Shown: one piece after another, positions 37,757-62,900 of the stretch
How the letters are laid out: each line of letters starts with the position of its first letter
Numbering within the stretch: position 1 is the stretch's first letter
NCBI RefSeq assembly: GCF_964355755.1
Contig: NC_092675.1
Location: forward strand, 24,834,912 to 24,898,911
DNA length: 64,000 nt
DNA from: Antedon mediterranea
Taxonomy: Eukaryota > Animalia > Echinodermata
Direction of reading: 5' to 3'
Notes under the pieces: generated by a model
What the model was told of the DNA's origin: nothing
The model's database searches: none
The model's input: the letters and a program-made list of their open reading frames with translations, nothing else
Program-made: the position numbers and the translations under genes

Positions 37757-39925
37757 TCAGGAAATTGTAAGCATGGGATTCTTCTCCCAATCGGGCAGAT
37801 GTTTAATTGACTGCAAGGCTTCATCTGTAACCGGCCAACCCCATGCCTTATAGAATGTACCAAGATTAAATCCTGCCAATTGAGACGACACTACCATCCA
37901 TAAGTCTAACTGATCTGTGTTTGATTTTGGTGGTTCAAACGATGATTTGTTATAATGACTTAGCATATCAATAAGAAACTTCCAATCGAATGCTTCTTGT
38001 AGCTGTAAGTACGTCTCAAGGCAAGTAAAACTATTCCAGTTCTCATATTTACTACCACTAGCGATGTACTCTTGTATTCTCGCCTTGCGCTTTTCCATAT
38101 CGAGAGCGGAGTGGGCAAGTGCACGTGGTATTTGTAAAACCTTTTCTGAAGCATATACTGAGAACAGATTACACGTAGCTTCTACTGTTCCAGATGGATT
38201 CCAACCTTTACTTTGATGTTGGTGTCCCAACTCATGTATTGGACCCCATATATTATTTTTTCTTACACTTTCTACATTAAACATTTTATTTGAATTAGAT
38301 ATCGGTCCCATAATTGGATAGCCGGAATGCATCTTTCCTTTAGAAACTTGAATATCCAGGACAATGCGTTCCTCTCTTGGTCTCTGAGTGGGAATACCCG
38401 ACAACTCTGCACAACAGCCGACAATACCTTCATAGATATCCATAATTTCCACCACATCATTACAGTGTTCCAAAGCATTTGCCGTAGGCAGAGAAATGAT
38501 ACAATTATTTGATATCAGTTCGCAATATGGAACATTAAGCGTTTCCAATGATTGCTTCCAGTCATCTGCGCTGGTGGTGCCGGAAACAAATTGTGGAGAT
38601 TGAAACGCATCATCAATGGTGATCGTGATTATGCCAAGGTTTGTTTTAGCTGGTACTAAGATGTAGACTAATCCACCAAAAACATTGGAAGCTTTGGTAG
38701 TTATTGAATTCAATTCAAACGATCTGGTGATTTTTGGGAACCTGTAAATTGATTCTTTTTTGTGAAGACTGTCTGTAGTGCAGCCAATTTCAACTTTCAA
38801 TCCACTTCCAACGGAGTTCATTGGAATTGTCACCTTAATACTTTTAGCAGGTGCAGCATATAAACCGGTGCTACGCATTACATCTGTTTTAGAAGAAGGG
38901 AAGTTCCCCAAAAGACCATCATACGTTGCATTTATTGCCATTGTCTTGGATGAAGGTTGAAGTGTGGATGGAACATCTCCTGGAAATACTGCGCTTGCAT
39001 GTTTAATTTCCTGAAGATCTGATGGTGGCAGCATACACGCAAGTTTAGAATAGATAAACGCGTAAGAACCTGCCTTCGGCTGATTCAAAATATCAACTGG
39101 ACATTCCTTTGTTGGAATAACGTCAGTAGATATTTTAAGATATTCTTTAGCAAGCTTATATGGTGTAATACATGTCGGTGGTACGTCATCAAATACTTGC
39201 CAAATATAATCTCTGTACTTCCGTTGTATGGGTTCTTCCAATTCAATTTCACTCTTGGCATGGCGAATGAACTGTTGAAGCGTCAAAGAAACATTCCTCA
39301 ATGGTTGTGATGCTTTATCTGACGTTACAAAGCTATCTGATTGTGACGTAGTAGTACCTATGATTATACCTGATGGTTTTACAATATTGCTGGCGCTGTC
39401 TTTTTTGTCAACCCAGTTATTTCCATCGGTCAACAATCCTCGGCCATTTGACAAGAACTTGTGTATTTTATCAAGATGCTCTTGTGTATACTCGTTATCG
39501 CTGCCTGCAAACAGAATATCATAATCTTCGAAGTTGTCGTCGATAGAAATCTTATTTATTGTGAATCCAATGTTTTCCAGTACCTCTTGTGTTCGCTTAT
39601 TAATTTTCTTTAGGGACCCAACTCTGGCTGCAGTTTTATATCGTGCCAACCATTTGAAGGAGTTCTCTGCTAATTTTAAAGTTTCAGTTCCATCATCAAT
39701 ACATTTTTTAAGAAACTTCTTATTTCCCCAATGCATAGATCTGCCGGAACCAACGTGGCTTGCAGCTACAGCTACGCCGTCACCATTTTCCCACTCGACT
39801 ACTGAAAATGTATTTTCACCATAGAGAATTAATTGGGATGGGGAAACGCTTTTAAAGTCAATATTTTTACCGACTCCGTCTAGTATATACGATAAAGACA
39901 CTGATGGATCTGTTGAATCTTCCAT
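37757..39925 (-). CDS. TCAF: TRPM8 channel-associated factor homolog (TCAF/FAM115), peptidase M60-like domain, ~722 aa
   Basis: Uninterrupted ORF with STGLYAAP, FGGLVYI, MHSGYPIM, WGPIHELGHQHQ and EATCNLFS. ATG at 39925 lies just after a GTAG acceptor, so an upstream exon (UTR or short coding) is likely. Confidence 0.92.
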   Translation of the reverse strand: MEDSTDPSVSLSYILDGVGKNIDFKSVSPSQLILYGENTFSVVEWENGDGVAVAASHVGSGRSMHWGNKKFLKKCIDDGTETLKLAENSFKWLARYKTAARVGSLKKINKRTQEVLENIGFTINKISIDDNFEDYDILFAGSDNEYTQEHLDKIHKFLSNGRGLLTDGNNWVDKKDSASNIVKPSGIIIGTTTSQSDSFVTSDKASQPLRNVSLTLQQFIRHAKSEIELEEPIQRKYRDYIWQVFDDVPPTCITPYKLAKEYLKISTDVIPTKECPVDILNQPKAGSYAFIYSKLACMLPPSDLQEIKHASAVFPGDVPSTLQPSSKTMAINATYDGLLGNFPSSKTDVMRSTGLYAAPAKSIKVTIPMNSVGSGLKVEIGCTTDSLHKKESIYRFPKITRSFELNSITTKASNVFGGLVYILVPAKTNLGIITITIDDAFQSPQFVSGTTSADDWKQSLETLNVPYCELISNNCIISLPTANALEHCNDVVEIMDIYEGIVGCCAELSGIPTQRPREERIVLDIQVSKGKMHSGYPIMGPISNSNKMFNVESVRKNNIWGPIHELGHQHQSKGWNPSGTVEATCNLFSVYASEKVLQIPRALAHSALDMEKRKARIQEYIASGSKYENWNSFTCLETYLQLQEAFDWKFLIDMLSHYNKSSFEPPKSNTDQLDLWMVVSSQLAGFNLGTFYKAWGWPVTDEALQSIKHLPDWEKNPMLTIS

Positions 39926-42900
39926 TCTACAGGCATACAATTGATCTACATAACGAAAAAGAATGACAAACAAACTTAGAATGAATTTTTTCTAAAATCG
40001 TGTGCTTTTTTACTATTATTAACATATATTTTATATTGTAATTATTATTTTTTACTATTTTACAAACTTTCAAGATATCAAGATAATAGATGGGCATACA
40101 GATTAACAGAATGGCAACCAAGGGTAGGAAGGAGGAAAAGAGGAAGACAGAAAAGAAGGTGATGGTGAGATGATTAAACATATGGATAAACCATATCTAG
40201 ATACATAGAAAAAACTTTAGGTTAGTAAACCTTGGTAAATCGGATTTAAGTTTTATCTACCAGGATTGGTGGATACAATACTTTAGATTTCTGTAGTAAT
40301 TCTATTTACTTTAAATTGGTTAGTTGGTCACTTTGTGATCCGCTTAAATAGATCGCATTAAGTACTCTTTTTGAACTATATAAATTTAAAAAAACAACAA
40401 TTGTCCCCCAAAAACATGAAAAATAAAGATTAATAATATAATTTGACTTTGCATAGGTCATTTTGTAGTTTTAACAAAGTTAATCACTTCCATAGGAAAA
40501 CAATGCCATATAGATGGCTGCAGTCGCATAGTGGCACGTACGCGACTCTAAAAATGTTTTCACTTATAAAATAACAACATAAACGATTCAATTCAACCAA
40601 AAACCCATTGGCTGGCAGCCAATTTGACTATTTCTTGCGTTAAAACAAAAACATTTTTTTCAGGTGGACAATACATCTTTAAGAAAAACTACTGCACTAG
40701 GCCTCGAATTAAACAATAATTACACTATGCCTGTATTTAATCTATTTTTAGCATAGTTTTTCGTGGCTGTGTCGAATAAACACGGCCTCCACTGCCGGTA
40801 CTTTACACTAACTTAATTGTGTTGATGGTTTGGTACTATTTGAGCCCCAGCATAATCATTGTTACTACCATACAGATTATAATCAAATGATTTTGCGTCA
40901 GTTACTAATTCGTAATAAATAAATAAATCATTCTGTTATGTTATCGTTATTTCAATTATTTATTTGAACCAGGAACCAGAACAGCAATAAAAAAAAGAGG
41001 AATAGGTGTGGGGAATAATGTTTCCGTGATCACACATCATAATCTAATCTAAATAGATATAAGGAAGCCTTATTCATTGTAAAATAAATTTCCATGCAGA
41101 ATAATAACATACATATTTCTTATAGACTAATGCAACGAAACCAGTTACGCTTAAATCAAACCCTACCTAACTTACAGAACATTTCATTTCATTTTATTTA
41201 TTCCACATTTATTTAGTCATCAATCGCATCATAATTAAAATACAACAAGGATCCTGCATAAAAAGGCAGTGCTTCGTTTTTTTTTTGTAGGACCCTTTTA
41301 CATTATGAACAATTTGATTCCGATCTACGGCCTACGCGAGGTAACTAATATTGATTAGAATCCGCATTTAGCGAGTAGTCTAGTGCTAGTATTCAGTCGA
41401 TTTAATTAATTAGCTTTATTAAGTAACATCAAATGCAACGAAATATTCTAAACATACCGATATATGTTGATTCCACAGTCAGTCTTCCAAACACAGTACC
41501 GACAAAGCAATATCAATACTGTACTGCGTATATATGTAGTACTGCCAGGAATTTATAGCATTCACAATGAGGTCGTTTAGGTTGGATCAATGACCGGTGG
41601 TGTAAATTACGCCATCTATAGCATAATTCATTGATATTGCAGTATCGATTCCAGTGATTGATGTGAGTTTTATTTAGTCTTTTGTGGTACTTTGCATATT
41701 TTCCACCTGTGGGTTGGTTGAAATAGTTGATATAGAGGTGGGGAGTGCCGGAGAGACACACCAAATGAAGAATAAAGTGAACGGTACCGAGTAGGCCTAA
41801 ATGTGTTGCGTATTTATAATTGTTTAACAGCATAAATAGAAGTATAGAAGTTCACATACTCAAACGCATATATGATGCATCCAACATGAAAATATAAAAT
41901 ACAGGAATTTGGAGTACGGGTTGGACAGTGTAGCCATTCTGTAGATCATCTCTTTTTTTCTAGTCTATTAAAAAAACTTAACTGTAATGTGAATTGTAGG
42001 GTATTTGTGACGGAGCAAATCCCCTGCCAAGATTATGAGCCGTTCAAGAGTCCTCATTCATCATAAATTGTTTACATTTATCATTTTAACGGTCACGATT
42101 ACCTGCAATTATTCTGCAAATATTTATGATTTTTTTAATCATTGATAGGCCTACAGAATAGCAATTCTGCCTATAGTTTCTAATATAATTGAAAAAAAGA
42201 ACAATGTTTGTTAATTAAGCTGCTATCAATAAACTTAACATAAAGAAACAGAAAAAAAACAGAAAATAATGTTAAATATGTATACATAGATATATTATAG
42301 TGTTATATATCTATATGGTATACACTATATTTAATTCAATTCCATTCATTATATATTTGCATAAAATACATAGACAATTGTGTTGTTAACTAACAGCACG
42401 ATGCAATACAAAAAAAAGGTACAATTCTTACCATGACACATGATCATTCTCTAACATTCAGAGTGTTCTAAAAACTAGAATTACGGAAAATTATTGGTGC
42501 GAAGAAGCGCCTGTAGCTCCTAAGAACTCTTCAAAAAATGTATTATAGGAAATATGAGATTAATAAAGATGGCGTAAGCTAAAAAAAACATTTGAAACAA
42601 AATGACAAATGAAAAGCTACAAGCAACAATTAAAGGAATGTCAAGATGACCATTTTGTATGTCATCCATGGTTCACTTTTATGAGACTGTGGGGTTTAAT
42701 GGTATAATACTCTACACTTCACACTTCATTCAACATTGTAAAAAGAATAGTTTGATGAATGGAAATCTGTCGATGCGTGTCATCTCTTGGTAATAGTAAT
42801 GCTAATATGAGTGTACGTTTTCAACAGGTATAATACAGTACTGATTTAATCAATAACAAAAGTACACCGATTCCCACACAGGACCACCGCAATTACACTG

Positions 42901-44046
42901 CTGATATCGATGATAATGTAAGTATATTGATTAAGTAATACGTTGTATGTGTATGGTCTTGTAAGTAATGACATGTTGATATTGTAGGTTGTATGACAGA
43001 AAGGAAACTTATAGTAGAAAGTACGGAGTTATAATAACTCGGTTCAGGCAAAATGTACATTGAAAAGGCCAGTAACTAATAGTTAGTAATTATCAGCCAT
43101 TGACTACCTTACGTCGATTTCCTGATTATTATTATTAGGCCTATTATATACCGTACATACTGTTTGTAGGGTCTAATGAGCATTGTATTGGAGCTAAGGG
43201 GAAAAATCAACTTATAGTTTTTAATTTAAAATGGTGGTATTCTTTTAGACAGTTTATTAATGAAATCTTATGTGTAACGGTAAAAATACTAATTGTTGAC
43301 ATAGGCCTAGAGTAATGTAAATGATTAAAAGCATAAGTCTGTCCTTATAACATAAGTCCCGTACTTAATTATGGTGCTGAAAATAATAGAAATACTGCAG
43401 TAAGTCTATACAACCATTACGTTTTCACTTTATTTGATTACCCCGTTGATTCCCTTTATTAAGTGACTTTCTAAAGTGTATTACTCATGGTTAATAAAAT
43501 ATGCGGTTAGCAATTATTATTGTGCCGTACTATTATATCAATGCGTTACAATGGTAGGAATATGATTTCATACAGTACAGTACGATGAGTAAAGGCAGTG
43601 GAATGCCACGTAGTGGTTAGGACTAGGACAAGAAAACAAAGTAGTCACATTAAAAAGTCTTTATAACGCGGGGAACCATGCATGACAAAGTGACGTTCCA
43701 GCTAGAGCTTTCCTAAGAATAAGGCCTATTAGCAGAATAAGACCGATTTGCCCATCTAACGATCGATTAGTGTGGTTTACCACGGGACTCCTGGTCGCTT
43801 TTTCTTAACATGGAGATTTTACATCAAGGTGTGGATTTAGAGTTGGCCGATACCCACCCGCCTTTCGGTAAAGTGCCAAAACAGTTTTAAATTCTCATTT
43901 CACTCATTTACGTAGCAAAATGCAACGTAAGATAGTCTAATATGTATTATAAAAAATGCTTTAAAATAGCTTACTTTTCCTGTAATGATTCTAGGCAAGA
44001 AGTTTATTTTACTTTCTTTCTCAATTTAATGTTTTATTTATGACAG

Positions 44047-55638
<11,592 letters not shown>

Positions 55639-56944
55639 AAGCTTAACTAACATCGTGAAAAAAAAAAAGATCAAGAAGGTATAGGCCCTACGTTAGAAAA
55701 AATAGAATGATTTCATAGAGTACACAGTTTTCTCTTTTACACCTTCTTCATACTAGTTTAAGACATTTCTGTACATATTATATCAAAATTAAGTTACGAT
55801 TTAACTTATATTTTTGTTAAAAAAAAGGTAGAAAAAGAAAGTAGGTATTGGTCAAATGTAATCGGCCTAATACAGTTTTTAAAGTCATCTTGTGTAATCA
55901 TGAAAGATACCTCGCAAAATACTCGCCTGTTTCAAGTGCACAACACACAACTTTTGGTGCTTTGGAAAGATGCATACTTCGTCATATAAAATGAAATGAG
56001 ACTAAGCCCTCGAAACATGCGAGTAATTTTTACTTCTGCACATAATAGTATATTCATCATTATTATTTGACGGTAATTGCCTTAATCAATTACTTTGAAG
56101 TTTTGATGGACAAGGTATAAATAATAGGGCCTAAAGGCATTAAGGTGTATTTCATATCGCCAGGAATGAACTGCGTACAAAGGAACATTAAGTTGTTTCC
56201 TAAAATAAATCATAAATATTAATAACTAATGAATGAATGAGGAATCATAAAAAGTGAGTGCAGTTTGTTTTTAAATTTTTATGTATTTTTAAATCTTTCT
56301 TACCTTTTTTATTAACTTTTTATAACTTTTAAAATACTCTTTTCAAACGTTTATATTGTACTAATCAGTCAACTTAATAAATAGAACGACTCGTTTGAGT
56401 AGTTTCCATCGATCTTATCTTTTTTTTTAACGACGATGATGAACAAATAAACAACAAATAAAATACATACATATTTCGGGAAGCACTAACCATTAATCCG
56501 TGTGAAGCTATATTACACGATGCGTTTATTTATACTCATTTTCACATGTATTTAAATTACGTCTTTGCTATCCATTAGATAATTATGTACAGCGGGATAT
56601 CATACGTCCATGATGTGTCCTATTTGAATACCATTGTTGACGTCGCACCAACAAATTACATTTTTAAATGAGGCCCAAACAGATAAAGAAGAACAATTTG
56701 TTGTTGATTATTAAGGTGTTTGGTTCACTTGTATGACTTGCGTTGACTTGACGATTTGCAGCTCTACATCAGTGATTCGCGGCGATGAACTGGTTAGTCG
56801 GTGAACAGTTTGGTATGCGAACGTTTTTTTATTCGTGAAGAATGTTGAATTGAAATGCTGTTAAATGATTTTATTCTTCTTTATAAAAGTGCTCATCGGC
56901 GATATATTGTGATGAACGGTTTTTGTTTGGACACGGTGGTGTTA

Positions 56945-57350
56945 ATAATAATAATAATAATAATATTTATTCGGCAAAAGTTCATAAAGTACATTTTACA
57001 ATTCATCTTGCCAGGAGCAAGTAATAGGCATGAGCCCAAACAGAAAACTGCTCTTACTCCATCATTACTTATAAAATACAAAAATAACAAAACTAAGTAG
57101 CACAAATTAAGTCAAAATAAAACAAAACAAAACAAAGTTATAATGAGATACACCAATTAAAAATAAGCTGCATTGAATAAACAATATAAACAATTACAGT
57201 ACAACTTAATATTTTGAGATCAAATGTTTGATGAGTTGGGCTTTAAAGTCTGAAATTGTAGCACATTGTTTAATTTCATTGGGATGGATTTTTGGTTCAA
57301 TGGAGGAATGTTTAGTCAGGAGACAAGAAACTTCAGGTTATACGTGTTTA
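56945..57350 (-). mobile_element. Short degenerate LINE 3' end
   Basis: The minus strand translates to PSHEIKQCATISDFKAQLIKHL (typical LINE ORF2 C-terminus), followed by a 3' UTR, AATAAA and a (TAT)n tail. Confidence 0.5.
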
Positions 57351-58528
57351 TTGTCTCTAGACATAGTACTGTACGAGAGTCGATGTTATCCATTAAGTTG
57401 GATTCGAACCGTTTCTTGAATGTAGACATGGATGTGTAATCTTATGAAATACATACACAATGATTGAGTTCATAATTGCTATATTTATTCAAAATAATGG
57501 GAATTTAACATAGTTTTGTTTCGCTCTGTGAAAAAGGAAAATAACATCGAGCGTTACCTTGCAAAATAAAATTAATTTCGACCATGAGTTACAGCATTAA
57601 TAAAAACCTTTAATTTACATCAGGGGAAGACTTACTCCTCTCTCATTTCATCAGACCTCATACAGTGTAAATAACAATGAAACTGGCTTTTTAGTGGCAT
57701 GGTTAAGAGTCTTTCTTACTAATCACTAATTGGTTAAAATCATGATTCTGCCAATAAAACAGATTTCATACGAGGCCTAAATTCAATTACAGTAAATTAA
57801 CTATAGAATTGCTTTAAATAATTAGTGGCTGAATAACACAGGAATATAATTGGTAACGTAAAATAAACAATATGTTAACATACAGTCAATAAAACGGAAT
57901 TTTACATAAAAATATACATCTATTATTTAATATAATACTATCTTACATATTGGAGGTGGTTATTAATAACATAATTCAATTCCAACTAATTTCGAAAGCA
58001 CCGTCCTTGCTTTACAAAGCGAAGCATGGTTTTGAGGTCCCCTCGCGACACATAAGGATAAATAGTGTAAATCCGCCGCGTTTTTTGTCACTATTACACC
58101 CACTGTAAACATGACAGACCGTTAAATAAAATACGAAATCAAATTTGTCAGCCTGCTCTGAATGAGCAATAGAGCATTTTTGTATAAATTTGTATTACTT
58201 AATGAATTGATACTTTTCCTATGTTAATGTTTTGATGTTTTTGTGTACTTTTTATACAGTATTTATGTAAATGCAATACTTTCAGCATCTGCTGCTTTTA
58301 TATGTTTTTTATACCGAAAAAAAAATAAATAAACGTCTGTTCTTCCCTATAAATCAACAGGAAAATTATTTAAAATAAGGCAATACTGTAAAATGGAAGC
58401 AACTAATGACATAACCGAGATAGGAATTATATATTACAAAATAATCAACAGGCTTTCGGTTAACACAGCTAGATTGCTATATAATAATATTATTGCTGTA
58501 CGCCTAAAATAAAACATTACAGATCTTA

Positions 58529-58644
58529 AGCTACACTACCAAACTAGTTTGATAAACAAATGTGGTAGTTATATGACGTCATCGTTTCCATATATGGGCA
58601 CATTACATTTTTTGTCACATAAAGTTTGATAGTGTAGGCAGAGC
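58529..58644. mobile_element. Harbinger-type MITE, family A copy 6
   Basis: TTA|AGCTACACTACCAAAC ... GTTTGATAGTGTAGGCAGAGC. Confidence 0.7.
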
Positions 58645-59221
58645 CTCTCCGCATACATTTTCGTACACTATCTTGTAAATATAGGCCTACTATATTATGT
58701 AAATATAAAATAGTATAAACAAATAACAATAACTAAAAGTAATGCAGTTCTGTTTGAGGAGGTTTACGGTCGTTCATGTTATCTAAAAAGACAAATTGCA
58801 ACTAGCTCAAATAAAAAAAAAAAGGTAGTGCAATTCAATCATTCAATTTTATCTGTACGTTACCTGTACGATTGAGGTATCCTGTACATTTTGAGCTAAT
58901 ATACCAATATTAAATATAGTAATATTAGGTAGTACTTTATTAATAACATATTTAAAATTTTAAACAATATATTTGACTTTATTGCCAATATTACTTTTTT
59001 CCACACTCAATATGGACATTATACAAAAAGAAAAAACAAACAATAAAAATTATATGACGATACAATATAGTTCTATGAATTTCTGTATAAGCAAGATGAA
59101 GAGTTCTACCACTAGAGAGAATGTGAAATATATATATATATTTTTTTATTACTCGTTGTTTATAGAGGGTGACCCTAAACAGCGTATGCTGACAATCAAG
59201 GGGCCCTCTTGATTGATTGAA

Positions 59222-59500
59222 ATATATATTTATACTGGGCGACCTCTTCAGTCAAAGACTGGTCTCCCAGAGGGCCCAGTTATGTTAATACACCAGGGTA
59301 ACCCCCTACTCGTCTCGAAAGATGTACTAGGTTCCTTAAAGTGCACACGAGCCAGATGTGTACACTGAACCTATGGTTTATAGTCCTTATTCGAGAAGAC
59401 TCGTTCTACCACCATGGAGCGAGTGAGGTGCGAACCCTTGCCGATGTTAATATGGCAAAGCATTACGGTTCCACTGTCTTAATTGCTTGGCCACTCACTC
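59222..59500 (-). mobile_element. tRNA-derived SINE with a Deu/Nin-like central domain
   Basis: Minus strand: A box TGGCCAAGCAATTAAG, B box GGTTCGCACC, body TAAACCATAGGTTC...TTTAAGGAACCTAGTACATCTTTCGAGACGAGTAGGGGGTTACCCTGGTG, LINE-like stem-loop tail. Confidence 0.7.
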
Positions 59501-59951
59501 ATAAAATAGGGAAATGGAAGATCATTTTGTATTGAAAGCAAAACATTGATGTTGAAGATTAGAGATATGTAAGCTGATTTATAGTTATAAATGAATACTA
59601 TAATTCTCTTACTAGTACAAATATTTCCTAAAAATTATCTTCTAAATTGACTTGCTTCAACAAAATAAGGAAAAATCGCTCATAAGCACAGTAATATTTT
59701 AAAACAACCATAAAGCAAGAGATATTTACAACATAAACCAGTTTGACTGCATTGTTTTGTGTACATAACCAACCAGAAATAAACACATGCTAGTCCAAAG
59801 GAAGTATGGTTAACATGTTAACATTTGTTTCTGAGAATTTTATTTATTTAAAAAATGATAAAATTGGCAAATTTTAGTCTCATTTTATGATGGAAAATGT
59901 ATTTATAAAGACTCATGGCAGCTGTATACAATATAAAGGTGGTGTGCTACA

Positions 59952-62900
59952 CTAAGAGGTTGATGATTCTTCTTTTGTTTTACTCTTTCTTGATTGTAAG
60001 TGATGGTTGTATACAAAGATTTCTCCATCTTCATGGAAATGCTGTAAAATGAATGAAACATATTATAACACACATGATTGTATTCTTGCAATTTGATTGG
60101 TCAATTAGGCACCTTGTGTAATTTGAAATTAGCCCTATCCCATGGAAAAGTGATATCTAATGGTAATAATGAACGGCTCTAATACACGTTCAGCTTTGTG
60201 TAAACATTTTAAAAATGTGTGCATGCGACGTCGACTGATTACATTCGGAAATCAACTTGCTCTGCGTCGATTACTTTTAACATAGATAGCTAAACAAGCA
60301 TATGAACAACATTTAGTGATTGAAATGGTATTGGGATGATAGGGAACTTTTTTAAAACACTCATTATTATGGAAAAGCAACCAACAAAGAACAAAATGAA
60401 CAAAATACCTTGTGTTGCCATGTAGTACCAGTTTCTTTTCGTTCTTTAGCCTCATTTCGTTGCCTTTGTTCAAGAAAATGCTTAGCTTCCGTGGCTTGAT
60501 CCATATCCTTTGATTTTAAATGAAGTGTTACGTCCTTCCATAGCCTGCAATTGCATTAATAAAACAAATAACAACCTAACATACAATGAACATACACCTG
60601 GATTGACCAGGTTTCTTCTCCATTTCACAACATTGTTATCACACCCACACTATACCAGGTATTTTGGCCACTCAGTCTTGCCGATTTTTATCACAAAAAG
60701 CTTGAAAACAATTTGCAAAAGATAAGAAGTTGAAAGTTTTGATATTTGGAACTCAAGAAATTGGACAATATCTTAAAGCACTTGTCATCATTAATTTATA
60801 TTTATGGATATTGCTGTGTACAACACACAAAGTACAATACACAACAATAAACAACACGTAATAATGATTATAAAATTAAAATCTAATCACAAGAGCTTCC
60901 CTAATTAAAACGACTTTTGTGTATAATGTGAAAAATATTTTACCTTCTAGATTCATATTCTCCTTGGTTTGGTAAGGGTTTCAACTTTTTCTTGATAATT
61001 TTCATTGATTTTGTGTCAACAAAAGGCACATCATATTTCTGTGAAAATAATATTTTTTCTTCGTATAGAATCAAAAACCTTCAAATAAATACAAGATTCT
61101 GTTTACAAATAACATTATTAATACATTTGTTACTATTCATTAACAGTACATTATACATTGAGAAAACACTGGTTATTATTATTGTTGGTTTCTGTATACT
61201 TATTATTATATACAGAATCTATGTTATTACCATACTGCTGATCACACCTACTGTACATGAAAGTATTGAAGACAAAGAGTAAAAACCAAACATTGAAGGG
61301 GACATGGAAACTGCCATTTCAATTAATTGCACAGATAGCAAATAATAAATACAAATTGATAAATAAAATTTTAAAAATCACTAATACTGATTGTACTGAT
61401 AAACAGTACAAAATGTCAGCCCTTAAACAACCTGGTATGCTTTTCACATAGCAGAAAAAAAATTCCTGCTATTGTTAAATACTCACCCCAGTTGATCCTT
61501 TAGAATACATCACCCCATTCCACTCTCCTTGAACCGATAAAATAGGTTTTTTACTATCAGAAACATGACTATACAAATACAAACATACATAGTATTTAAG
61601 ATTTTTTTTACAAAAATTTGGTTTGGTTTTAAACACTAATAATACTGTCAATTTTGGTAGTCTGAATATGTTTGTAATGGTAAAAAGAATTTGGGACCTT
61701 TTTGGACCTAAAGAAAAGTATAGATTTTTGGAGAGTTTAATATTCAAACATTATTCATGTACTTACAAAACTTCAGCTGTTATCCTATGCCTTTTACCCC
61801 CATAGAATGGTTTAGTGTGGAATGCCATCTGCGCAGAGAAACCAGTTTTATTGCATAGTATTTGACATTTACCTCCCATTTCAAACCATGGCACTGTTAG
61901 AATAGATCGACCATATCCACTTGGAAATGTCATTATGTAATCTTCTTCATGTTTGAGGTCAGAAACACAAGCTGAAAAAAAAACATGAATTATGTTAAGT
62001 GAAACTTGTGAACATGACACAGGTGGGTGCATAATATCAAAATATAACGCAATGTGGTGCATCTCACTAAATTAATGCACAAGCATGCCAAATGGATATA
62101 CTGTACAATAACAGGAAGGAGTTGTATATTACCTTGGCCAATCATATCAACTCCTATTGATAATCCTAAGAACTTAGATTTTGTCCAAAGATGAGCATTA
62201 AATGCCATTTGTGTGTTATAGCACTCAGCATAAAATGCAGATACTACAAGAAAAAAATGATATAATATTGATTAAATCTATAATCAAAAAAGTGTAACTG
62301 AAACCATGAAATAAAAAACATGAATTTCTCTAAAAATGGTGAAATACTGTTATTCAGTAGTTATAGGTAGTAGAAGCTGATGATAAGATCATGATACCAT
62401 ATCAAGTCACTCTCCAGAAGATGAGAAACAAGCGAACAAAAGTTGGTGGGTAATTTTTGAAATAGTACATAAATAAAAATGTAAAGTAAAATAATCATAA
62501 TATTTGTGTACAACAAAATAGGAATTTTACTTCATCTGTAATTTGAACTATCCTCTCACTGATAATAAGAAAAAGCTAATTTTTTTTTAAAACGATTATG
62601 TAACACACAAAGAAATCCAACAAAATATGAAACATAGATAATTTTAGATTGATAATTATTAGTAAGAATGTATGAATAAGAGAAAGAAAGTAAAAAGGAC
62701 TCACTTGGAGGGTGATGAGACACTTGTTCCCCAATAAAAGAAACTGTGTTTTTAGGAGCCCATGGAACTGGTCCATCTGTTGTTACATCATTCTAATAAA
62801 GAAAAACATATTACACTATTGTGAACTATTTTGTGATCTAATTGTGATGTGGTATTTGTGTATGACATTTTTGCAATCTTTGCAACAGGTAGTCATTTGT

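Noticed and set aside
37960-39824. Short ORFs overlapping TCAF (and similar ones overlapping the LINE and receptor exons)
   Set aside because: Shadow ORFs in alternative frames or antisense to real coding sequence.
6401-39925. Functional 'mucus' gene cluster (IgGFc-domain receptor plus M60 peptidase)
   Set aside because: The genes are separated by unrelated loci and a transposon, the peptidase exon lacks a signal peptide, and adjacency in animal genomes is weak evidence of shared function.
42755-42920. Possible extra upstream coding exon(s) of the FRRS1-like gene
   Set aside because: Splice-like signals are present but there is no reeler-like or other recognisable translation, and a good signal peptide already starts at 44047. 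It may be a UTR exon.
59400-59500. tRNA gene
   Set aside because: A/B boxes are degenerate, there is no clean cloverleaf, and the sequence continues into a SINE body and tail.
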